DNA of 62,936 bases, filler included, from Reclinomonas americana ATCC 50394 (lineage: Eukaryota), in assembly GCA_048213135.1 (NCBI GenBank). It is 5 parts of 3 records of this genome, joined end to end, with 100 filler letters (N's around TTAATTAATTAA, not from the genome) between each part and the next. Parts side by side here need not be neighbours in the genome. Positions count along the whole stretch, not along the records: positions 30,819 to 52,095 come from PS015239.1; positions 52,196 to 56,638 come from PS015240.1; positions 56,739 to 62,936 come from PS015241.1; 2 more parts are not named here. One strand, 5' to 3'. A model generated the notes under the pieces. It searched no databases. It was not told where the DNA came from and worked only from the letters and a program-made list of their open reading frames with translations. The position numbers and the translations under genes are program-made. The first letter of the stretch is position 1. Each line of letters starts with the position of its first letter. Shown in pieces: positions 46,700-57,261 of this stretch.

Positions 46700-47450
46700 A
46701 GGGTATATAGTGTGGAGGGGATAGTGGGGCAGACGATGTACAGCGAGAATCCTTGCCGAGCAGCTGCAGGAGTCGCGATACACCGACATTGATCGATCGC
46801 GACGTCGAGCTTGAAGAAGCCTTTTGTTGTCGCCTGGTGGCTTTGCAGGAGGGTGTGCAATGTGGAGGGGGCAGTGGAGTAGAAGTCTCACAGCAAGGAT
46901 GCCTGCAAGGTGACTGCAACGAGTCGAGATATCGATTTCGCGATCGACGTCGATCGCGAGCTTGAAGAAGCCCTTTGTTGTCGACTGGTGCCTTTGCAGG
47001 TGGGCGTATAGTGTGGTGGAGACAGTAGAACAGAGGGTTCATAGCAAGAATGCCCGCAACCGGGATGCCAACGAGCAGGAGTCGCGAGACACGGATACTC
47101 GATTTCGATATCGATCGACGTTGCGATGTCGATCGCCTCGAGCCCTTTGTTGACCGTCCGTGGCGCTGCACGAGGGTGTGCTGTGTGGAATGGGCAGTGG
47201 AGCAGACGGTGCACGCATGAATGCCTGCAGCTGGGAATGTAACGAGTCGAAATATCGCGATCGATTGACGTCGAGCTCTCAGGAGGCCCTTTGTTGACCG
47301 TATGTGGTGTTGCAGGGGGGCTTTTCGTGAAGGAGACAGCGGAGCAGAAGGTTCTTAGCGAGAATACCTGCAGGGTGGGTGCAACGAGTCGAGATATCGA
47401 TATCAAGCGACGTCGCGATATCGATCGCGATCGATATTGATCGATAACGC
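46700..47450. repeat. About 5 degenerate ~150-175-bp repeats rich in ATCGAT/GATATC palindromes in the divergent TXNL4B-TMEM234 spacer
   Basis: Recurring blocks GAATGCCTGCA..GAGTCG(A/C)GATA..GATCGA..GCCCTTTGTTG. Confidence 0.7.
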
Positions 47451-47600
47451 CTTGCGCTCTCCGAAAGCTCTGCCAAGCAAAGCGCAAAGGAATGCACGGA
47501 TCAGATGACACAAGCACCTAATGCAGCAACTGGTACCGTGCAGAGTAGCGCAAAGATCTCTCGTGATCGACGTTTTCGTAAAGGACAACGAGATTGCACA

Positions 47601-47939
47601 ATGTGGGTCGCACTGGTCGTCGGGCTGCTGTGGGGCATCACTGATCCTCTGATCAAGCGGTTTGCATGTCACTCTCGCTCTCTTCCTTTGTTGGCCACTC
47701 ATCCTCTCTCTCTCTCCAACAGTGGAAGCAGCAATGCATTGGATGGGGAGGTGAAGAAGGAGAAGAAGAGGAGCCTGGTGCGCGACACGTGGGCGTTGTT
47801 CACCAACTGGAGAGTTGCGGAAAAGAGAGAGACAAGAGAGAAAGAGACTTTCCTCGCGGCAGGTCCTTTTCTTCAGTGTCTCTCCCTCAGGCCGCAAGGG
47901 AGCACTCCTCCTCCTCCTCCTCCTCCTCCTCCTTCTCCT

Positions 47940-47971
<32 letters not shown>

Positions 47972-48368
47972 CTTCTTCTTCTTCTTCTCTCATTCCTCAC
48001 CAACTCTTGCTTTCCTTCACCCCCGCTTTCTCACTGTTTACCTTCCCCCCTCCCCTCTCCCCTCACCTTTCCCTTTTGCAGTACCTCCTTCCCTTCGCCC
48101 TCAACCAACTCGGCTCCGCTCTCTTCCTGGTGGCCCTCGGCACCTCCGACATCACCATCGCCGTGCCCGTCAGCAACGCCACCGCCATGGTGGTATCGTA
48201 CTTGTTCTCGTGCGCACTCGGCGACTGTCGCATGTACTCTGGTGCGACCTGCTCCCTTAGCTTGCAGAGTTCTCTTTGTCGCGCTCACTCACTGCCCGCA
48301 CGAATGTAGACTCGATGATTGGGGTGGCGTGTATCGCCGCCGGTGTGGCCATGCTGCAGTCTGTGTAA
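47601..48368 (+). CDS. TMEM234: TMEM234 family membrane protein, 4 exons
   Basis: VGLLWGITDPLIKR|G..LFTNWR|YLLPFALNQLGSALF..DITIAVPVSNA..IGVACIAAGVAM. Confidence 0.88.
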
Positions 48369-48540
48369 TTCTGTGTGCAGCTGTGCGACAGGCAAGTGGG
48401 AGCGCGTGCTGGCCAGCTCATTATCTTGTTCGGGGAGAGCAGGCCTTTGTGACAAGGCTGATAGACGGACTTGTCTTCGTTGTGGAGCGAGTGAACCATG
48501 ACCATTCGCGACATTGATCGCCGGCTTGGTGGCTCACAGC

Positions 48541-49018
48541 TCCTTCGCGCTCTCGGCCTCCTGCACTCCTTCGTGCTCTCGCCCTCCTCCTGCACTCCTT
48601 GGTGCTCTCGCCCTCCTCCTGCACTCCTACGTGCTCTCGCCCTCCTCCTGCACGCCTTCGTGCTCTCGCCCTCCTCCTGCACTCCTTCGTGCTCTCGCCC
48701 TCCTCCTGCACTCCTTGGTGCTCTCGGCCTCCTCCTGCACTCCTTGGTGCTCTCGGCCTCCTCCTGCACTCCTTGGTGCTCTCGGCCTCCTCCTGCACTC
48801 CTTGGTGCTCTCGGCCTCCTCCTGCACTCCTTCGTGCTCTCGGCCTCCTCCTGCACTCCTTCGTGCTCTCGGCCTCCTCCTGCACTCCTTCGTGCTCTCG
48901 GCCTCCTCCTGCACTCCTTCGTGCTCTCGGCCTCCTCCTGCACTCCTTCGTGCTCTCGGCCTCCTCCTGCACTCCTTCGTGCTCTCGGCCTCCTCCTGCA
49001 CTCCTTCGTGCTCTCGCC
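48541..49018. repeat. 29-bp minisatellite, about 16 copies (TGCACTCCTTCGTGCTCTCGGCCTCCTCC)
   Basis: Directly visible tandem unit with few substitutions; period is not a multiple of 3. Confidence 0.92.
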
Positions 49019-49876
49019 CTCATCTCTTCTCTGCCATATCCCTCTGCCCCTGCCACCATTCCAAACAGGGGGGACATCAATCATTCATTCACGTTTTCCA
49101 TCAACTGCACGCGCGCAAACACACAAGCGCCACATTACGCAGCAAGCAAGCAAGCAAATGCACGAAAAATGGAAGAAAATCAGACAAACGGGGGACGCAC
49201 GGCAAAACAGCAGCAGCAAGGAAGAGACAAACAAACACTGTCAAGGAAAGGAGAGAAGGAAAGACGGTGGAAGAAGAGATTCAAGGGGGGAAAACAAAAT
49301 CGTGCGTCAAAAAAAGTGTGGGCGGAGAAATCAAAACGCCACACTCGACGCCTGCTCATCAAAAGAGACAGATCGCGGAACGCCACCAGAGGACACTGCC
49401 GCAGCGGCCGGCGACAGAAGCTCGCTGGAGAGGCGCAGCACGCCAGCCTTGGCTGTCGGCATGGCCTCCACCGCCTCTTCTGCCGCCGTCTTCTCCTCCT
49501 CCTCCTCGTCCAAATCGCTGCGCACATCCTCCGAGGAGAACGACGACGGCGACGAGGAGGAAGAGGCCGAGTCCGACGGCGACGACGAACGCACCGTGGT
49601 GGTCATCGTCGTGCTGGTCGGCCGCAAGGCAAAGTCCGACGATGGTGACGGCGGCGACATGGTCGCCTCCGCCGCCAAAATGGCCGCCACGCGCGCCGTA
49701 CACAGCGTACACGTGCACGGGCACTTGAGCGGCCATCGGCCGTCGGGGCCCGATGGCGGAACGCGGGGAACATCAATGGGAGTCGCAGGGATCGCGAGCA
49801 CCACTTCTCCGACTGATTCTGTCGCGCAGGCCTGCGCCGGACAGAAGGAAGGCGAAGAGAGCGCCCTGGCCTCGCC

Positions 49877-51170
49877 CTAAGTGATGTGGTCGGAGAAGAA
49901 GAAACGCTTCATCGTCTCGTCGTGGTTTGACAAATCCCACGGCGTCTCCTTCAGCGGCAAAAAGTAGTCGACCACGCCCTTGGCCAGCATGTCCTCCTTG
50001 GTGATAAAGGCGGGCAGTGGATCGTCGCACGGCTCCACGTTGCTGCCGAGGCCGTGCGAGAGCATCCACTGGAAGTGGTCGTTCAGCTCCGGCACCGGGT
50101 GGTTGTCCGAGGTGAATTGCCAATAGTCGCGCACGTGGCGGTACACAAAATCGCGCGAGATGCCGGTGAAGGGCGCCGACATGCCGCCGGTGGGGCGCAC
50201 CATCAGCACGTAGTCGTAGCAGTGGTTCTCGCGGCCGTCCAGAATGGGGCACACTGTAGGGGGGGAGAAGGGTGGGCAAAGGGGAAGAAGAAGGGGGAAG
50301 GGAGGAAGGGGGTAGGGGGAAAAGGGGGAGAGCGGGAGGGGAGGGAGGGAGGGAGGGAGGGAGGGAGGGAGGGAGGGAGGGAGGGAGGGAGGGAGGGAGG
50401 GAGGGAGGAGGGAGGGAGGAGGAGGAGGAGGGGGAGGAAAAAGAAGGAGCAAGGGGGAGGAAAAAAGAAGGAGTGAGGAGGAAGGAAAAAAGAAGGAGAG
50501 AGGAGAGAGGAGAGAACAAGAAAGAAAAACCGAGAGGGAGACGCTGAAACCGGAAGCGGGAAGAAACAGAAAAGAAAATATTGGGGAAGCCTAAGTGTGA
50601 GAAAGAACAAGATTGATAGATAGAGAGGCAAAAGAGAGAGTGAGAGCAACAAATTTGCAAAATGAAATGAGCAGAGAATGACATGAGTAGCAGGAAGACA
50701 GAAAACAGGAGAGGGCGAGATCGGGAGAAATATTGTGTGTGCGAGAGAGAAGGCAGAACAGTCCGGTAACGAAGGAATGGACACGGAACGAAGAAAACAA
50801 GGGCTGATCTGGAGAGAGAGAGAAGGAAACCCAACGCTCTCTCGCGCGCGCGCTCTCCAAACCCCTCTCCCATATCCTCTTCCATCTCACGCAACAGTAC
50901 GGGAAGTCGACCTTGCGGAAGCCGAGGTTGCAGAAGAACTTTTGGCGCGCCGCCGAGGGGTGCACGCCGTCCTCACACTCGGCGCCGTGCGTTTCGGCAA
51001 AGCACGACAGCAGCGTCGGGTACAGCGCCTCCATGTGGGACATGGAGCGCAGGAAGACGCTGGCGCCAATGCCGCGACCGCGCTGGTCGCGCGACACGAC
51101 AATGTAGTCGAGCATGGCCGAGTTGAGCTTGCGGAAGAACTCAATGTAGGTGCCGGCCACCACGCGGTCT
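49877..51170 (-). CDS. GNAT-family acetyltransferase (5' exons in or beyond the gap)
   Basis: LDYIVVSRDQRGRGIG (motif A), FAET, RQKFFCNLGFRKVDFPY|LCPIL. Confidence 0.78.
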
Positions 51171-52277
51171 CTGCAGGGCGAAGGGTGGTGAGCAAAAACG
51201 GGAGGGAGAGGAGGAGAGAGAGGAGAGGGAAGGGAGGGAAGGAGGGGAGAGAAGGGAGAGAAGGAGAGAGGGAGAGAGAGAGAAGAAAAAAGAAAGAAAT
51301 AAGAAAGAAAGAGAAGAAAAGAAAGAAAGAAAGAAAGAAGAGAAANNNNNNNNNNNNNNNNNNNNNNNNNNNNNNNNNNNNNNNNNNNNNNNNNCAAACT
51401 GGTGAGTGTGTTTTTTGCTTGCAAAGAGAGATGGGGAGAGGAAGGGAGAGAGCGACAACGTGTGAGTGCGCGTGTGTGTGTAACGGTTGAGGACGAGTTT
51501 TTTGTCCTCACTGTTTCTCACTGTGTGTGCAAACACTTCTTGCTGTTGTTGTTCTTCTCCTCCCACTGCCTACTGTGCACGTACACACTCTCTGTGCAAC
51601 GCGTGTGTGTGTGTGTGTGTGGACACGAAGAGAGATTTCCCGTGCAGACATGGCACTCTCCACATTCACGCACTCGCTCACTCGCTCGCGCACACTCACC
51701 ATTGCTGGAGAGGGAGGGGTGTGCACAGGGAGCGAGTCTTCTTAGCGGTCAAAAAGTTGTGAGAAAACGGGCGGAATATTCATTGGTACGCGGCCAATTC
51801 GTCGGACGGTGGAACTGAATATTCTCTACAACAACAACAACAACTTTTCCAATCCAAACAGCAACACAGCTTCATGATGATCAAGATGGAGGCAGCGACA
51901 AACATGAACAGCAACACAGCATGTTTTCCTCTACCCCTTACCCTTGAACCGATGCGTGCGTGTGATCAGCGGCATTTTCTACCTCCAGACCACTCATCTG
52001 CACGCGTGAAATCGCAGCTGCTCCAGCGATCAGCTATATCCGACGGCCTATTCCAAGGACATGACGAAAGCCCACAGATCCCTTGCCTTCGATCTNNNNN
52101 NNNNNNNNNNNNNNNNNNNNNNNNNNNNNNNNNNNNNNNTTAATTAATTAANNNNNNNNNNNNNNNNNNNNNNNNNNNNNNNNNNNNNNNNNNNNAGTAT
52201 AATACTCTCTCTCTTCTCTCTCTCTCTCTCTACACACACACATACACACACACACACACAACAACACACACACACAC

Positions 52278-52312
<35 letters not shown>

Positions 52313-52698
52313 GCGCGTGCTCTTTACTAACTGATGGTTTTGTTCACAGGCGGACGTTGTGGAGCAGCAGCAGCAGGCGCAGAGTCAGTGGCAAACGTGA
52401 GAGTAACACATGTTCTCTCTCCTCTTGTATCTCTCAGTGTCGACTGAGCAGCCGCAGAAGAGAATGAACGTTTTCGTCGATATTGAGCGCTTTTCGAGAG
52501 AACCCAGACAGAGCTGTGATCAAATCGTGTGTGTTTTTACAACACTGCCAATCCATTCCACGGCACATAGTATACACTCGTCTCATTCCCCACCACTCCT
52601 CCATCACGCACTCTCCATAAATCGTGCAGCAAAGTCAACAGTACCACCACCAAGCCTGCTGGCAGATTGATTTGTGTTTCGTCTCTTTTTTTCCTCTC

Positions 52699-53001
52699 TC
52701 AGGCGCGTCGTTGGGTGGTTCCGCTGCGCGGCGAAGACGCAGAGCGCGCTGCCGTGGGTCGCGGCGCCGGCGACTTGCTGCTGCTGGCCGCACCTGGAGA
52801 CTTGCCGGCACCCGGCGTCGCCGTGGTGGTGGTAGTTGTTGTTGTTGCTGCGCCAGCGCCGTTGGTGGGCCTCGGCGACTTGCTCGCGATCGGCACGGGT
52901 GAGCGTGGGCTCATCGTGGTGCGCGGTGAGTAGCCTGGTGGGGGAAATGGGGGAAAGGGGTGAGAAAATAGGGGAAGAAAGGGAGGGAGGGAGGGACAAG
53001 G

Positions 53002-53100
<99 letters not shown>

Positions 53101-53315
53101 GACGTACGTACGTACGTACGTACGTACGTACGTACGTACGTACGTACGTACGTACGTACGTACGTACGTACGTACGTACGTACGTACGTACGTAGTACGT
53201 ACGTACGTACGTACGTACGTACGTACGTACGTAGTACGTACGGTACGTAGGTACCGGTAACGGGTACGGTAACGTAACGGTNNNNNNNNNNNNNNNNNNN
53301 NACGACGTACGAGAC

Positions 53316-53372
<57 letters not shown>

Positions 53373-54981
53373 ATGACATTTCCCATTCACGAACCTTCAC
53401 TCGTCATCTTCGGCGAGTTGGCACGCACATTGAAGGATTTTTTCGTCATGTTGCCGTACACCTGCGGGAGAGACGGTTGATTGAGATGGGTGTGGCGGAT
53501 GGGGGGCGAAACCGCAAGGGTAAAAGAGAGAGGAGTGCGACGGACAGACGAGGACAGATGGGACAGCGGAGAGGAGTGCAGAGACAGCTAAAGGAAGATG
53601 CCGACCAAAGAGCACTTGTCTGTAAGCATCATAAAAGCGCGGCGCAGAGTACGACGGATGGAATGCAGAGCGGATGAAGGAAGACACTGACAAGCGACAG
53701 GAGATCACGCGTCACTGAAGCAGAATAAGAGGAGACGGTTGAGTGGAGCCTCGCAGACAATGAGAGCAGTTTGCGCGCGGCAGTGGGAGAGAAGCGGAAC
53801 GCGTACAAGTACGCACATGAGCCAGTCGCGAAAGCGCAGATAAAGGAAGATATGAAGAATGGCAATGAAGAGTGCAGAGGCAGAGTTCACGCGTCACTGA
53901 AGCAGAATAGAATAGGAGACGGATGAGTGAAGCCTCGCAGACAAAGAGAGAGAAGCGGAACGCGACAGAACAAGAAGCGGCACGCCACACTGTTTGCTAC
54001 CAGGCAGAAATGATGTCTCGTTTCAGGACAAGACTGCAATGACTGCGCGCTGCGTGTAACGCTCTGCGCCGAGACACATCTCCCTCACTCCCATCAACCG
54101 CCTCACACGCAACTTGATGGTACTCTCCAGGCCCGCACGGGGTCACCGTCTTGTGGCAAAACACCAAGTCCGATTTCAGAGTCGCTGTGGCGAGAGAGAG
54201 AGAGACACGTGAGTAAAACGCGAAGACGGCGAAGAGCTGGAGAGAGTGCGAAGCGGGAAGAGAGAGCGGTGGCACTGACACGAGCGAGAGAAAGGAGAGA
54301 GTGAGGGCGTGGGGAGAGAGAGAGAGACAGGCGAAGCGGAGGGGTGAAGCGAAGGCACACAGAGAGACAGCGTGATGGAAATACATGCGCCGAATGACAG
54401 AGAGCAATGAGTGAGAGAGCGACAGTATGAGTACAGAGCACAAGATATGAAGGTGAAACTGAGGTAAAGGAGAGAGGGAATAATTCAACGGGACAGAACG
54501 CGACGAGGGCGAGGGTGAACAGACAGCGTGAGATTCACAGAGCAAGAGAACAGAAAACAATCGAATGCTGAGAACGAACGATGGACAGAGAGAGGTAGAG
54601 AAAAGTGTGTTTGTGAAGACAGAAAGACACATAAGGAGAAGAGGAATGGGAGAGAGAGAGAGAGAGGACGGCAGAGAGTAGGGAGAATGAAGAAACAGAG
54701 AGTGAGAGTGTGAGAGAATGGAGAGTGAGTGACGAGGGAGAGAACACAATCGCATGCATGATGGACAGAGAGGAAAGATGCGCGTGTGTACGTGAAGAAG
54801 AGAGAAAGGCACAGTGATGAGAGAGAGGGGAGTGAGAGAGCGGAAAGTGCGAAGGCAGCACTGGTTGAGACAGGACAGAGAGAGAGAGAGAGAGGAGAGA
54901 GAGGAGGGAGACAGAGAAAGACAACATGAGATCACAGATAGAGAGAGATAGTGGAAACTGAGAAGGCAGCGCTGATTGAGA

Positions 54982-55024
<43 letters not shown>

Positions 55025-55136
55025 GAGAGAGAGCGGAAGGTGCGAAGGCAGCACTGATGGACACAGCACAGAGAGAGAGAGAGAGAGAGCACGAGAGAGA
55101 GAGGGGAGAGACAGAGAGAAAGACAAAGAGACAGAG

Positions 55137-55172
<36 letters not shown>

Positions 55173-55829
55173 GAAAGTGAGAAGGCAGCGCTGATTGAGA
55201 CAGCAGAGTGAGTGAGGGAGAGAGAGAGCATGAGAGACACACAGAGAGAGAGGGAAGCAGTGGAGGAGAGTGAACCGCAAATGAGAAACCGCATCGGAAT
55301 GGTAAGTCTGAAATGAATTGTGCAATCACAAACGGACGATCGCCAAGCGGAATCCCAAACAACAAACACACAAACACACAAGACACAGACACACAAACAA
55401 GAACAAAGAAGAAGAAAAAAACACACACACAACATCATGACACAAAACAACGAAATAAGACAAAAATGCACGCAAGAGTGTGTGCGTGCGTGTGTGTGTC
55501 TCTGTGCGTGAGAGTGCGTGTGCGTCTCTGTGTGTGTGTGAGTCACCATTGGTCCAGCCTGAGCGATTCTCCGGTCCATCCGCTCGCGGCGGAGCGCCCT
55601 TCTTCTTCTCCACACGGAACTGACTCGGTGCAGCATATGCACCCTGAGAGAGAACACACACAAACAAACAAACAAACAAACAAGAAAGAAAGAGTGCGTG
55701 TGCGAGTGATGTCATGTCAGCTCTCGACAAAACGAACGATTCTTCTTCTCTCGTGTGTGTGTGTGACGCAACTGGTCCGGGTACGCGGTTCTTGTCCTTC
55801 TCAAACCGGTCGGAGCAGTCGAAGAACAT
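52699..55829 (-). CDS. SHIPPO/ODF3-like PGP-repeat protein (probably ciliary), multi-exon
   Basis: MFFDCSDRFEKDKNRVPGP|GAY and TPCGPGEY motifs; S/P/T-rich last exon; internal exon boundaries partly uncertain. Confidence 0.6.
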
Positions 55830-56742
55830 TTCGTGTGTGCGTGCCTTGAGTGCGTGAGATACGTCAGCCGGTTCGTTGGTTTGGAAGAGTGGATTCTCGG
55901 AAATTTGACGGTGCAGAGGTGCAGCGACATTGCGCGACGGGAAAGGTGCTTGACAATTACCGCATCAATGAGCAGGTTTGCGTGCATACGCAGACGCCTC
56001 GTAAACAGAGTGAGTGAAAATTTCAAATTCGACCTTGCTGGTTTTTGGCTTCACATGGCAGCTCCTGCTGGCCATGGGCACCAGGAGGTGACGTAATTGT
56101 GCACGCCGGTTGCAATCTTGGTGGCCAGTGTCGACGCCGCGATCGGGGGAGCGAAAGAAACTAAATGCGAAAAAAACCGGTATTGCAAAAATGATTCAAC
56201 TGCGCCGGCTGTTTCTTCTGTGCGATGGTTGCTATCCACACAATGGTCGTCACCGGCCTTTGGCGTGTTGTAAAACCGGGGATTTATAATTACTTGCAAA
56301 TCGAAAATCGGAAATTGCTGCGATGTGCACATGAACTCCACCTTCTGATTCTCTCGTATCACGTTCTCTGCACTACACCGATACCGCTTTGCCCACTCTT
56401 GCGCGCCTTTCCTATTTCCCTTTCCTTCCCTTCCCCCCTCCAATCAGTCGACCCACACCGGACGAACCGACTGGGCGATCGCATTAACACACAACTCACT
56501 TTCCCACGCGCAACTCTCTCGCCACCACACGCGTGGTATCCGAAGCAGCAGCGAACCGGGTGCGCCTCCTCCCCCCTCACACTCACTCTCTCCGTATGCA
56601 CGTGCATGCGTGTGCGTGTGTGTGTGTGAAAGAGATGTNNNNNNNNNNNNNNNNNNNNNNNNNNNNNNNNNNNNNNNNNNNNTTAATTAATTAANNNNNN
56701 NNNNNNNNNNNNNNNNNNNNNNNNNNNNNNNNNNNNNNTCTC

Positions 56743-56995
<253 letters not shown>

Positions 56996-57261
56996 GTTCC
57001 ACTCCTGCTCTTTTGCGCATTCTGTCGCTCTCCTGAATCTCTATAGGTATCGTTCTCTCCAATTTTCTCCTCTCCATTCTCCTCCCCCTCACCTCCCCTC
57101 TCCCTTTCCCGCTTCCCTTCCCCCTTCTCTCTCTCTCATTGTTCCACTCCTGTTCTTTTGCACATTCTGTCGCTCTCTTGAAACTCTGCACGCTCTCTTT
57201 CTTCATTTCTCCTCTCCCTTCTCCTCCCCCTCACCCTCCCCCTCCCCCTTCACCCCCGCAG

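Noticed and set aside
48541-49018. 29-bp repeat as a CRISPR array or coding repeat
   Set aside because: No unique spacers, no cas genes, eukaryotic context; the long ORFs in several frames come from a stop-poor repeat
49877-49879. Genome-wide TAG reassignment
   Set aside because: Only one in-frame case; TAG appears to end the gene at 28849 and no conserved domain contains an internal TAG
53100-53320. (TACG)n tracts (also ~28050-28400 and ~38620-38690) as a possible satellite or telomere-like repeat
   Set aside because: Always at contig ends next to gaps and matches the TACG pyrosequencing flow order; likely read-end artefact
56440-56630. Possible 5' exon of TERT before the gap
   Set aside because: Has splice-like borders but no recognisable TEN-domain motif and lies across an unsized contig join
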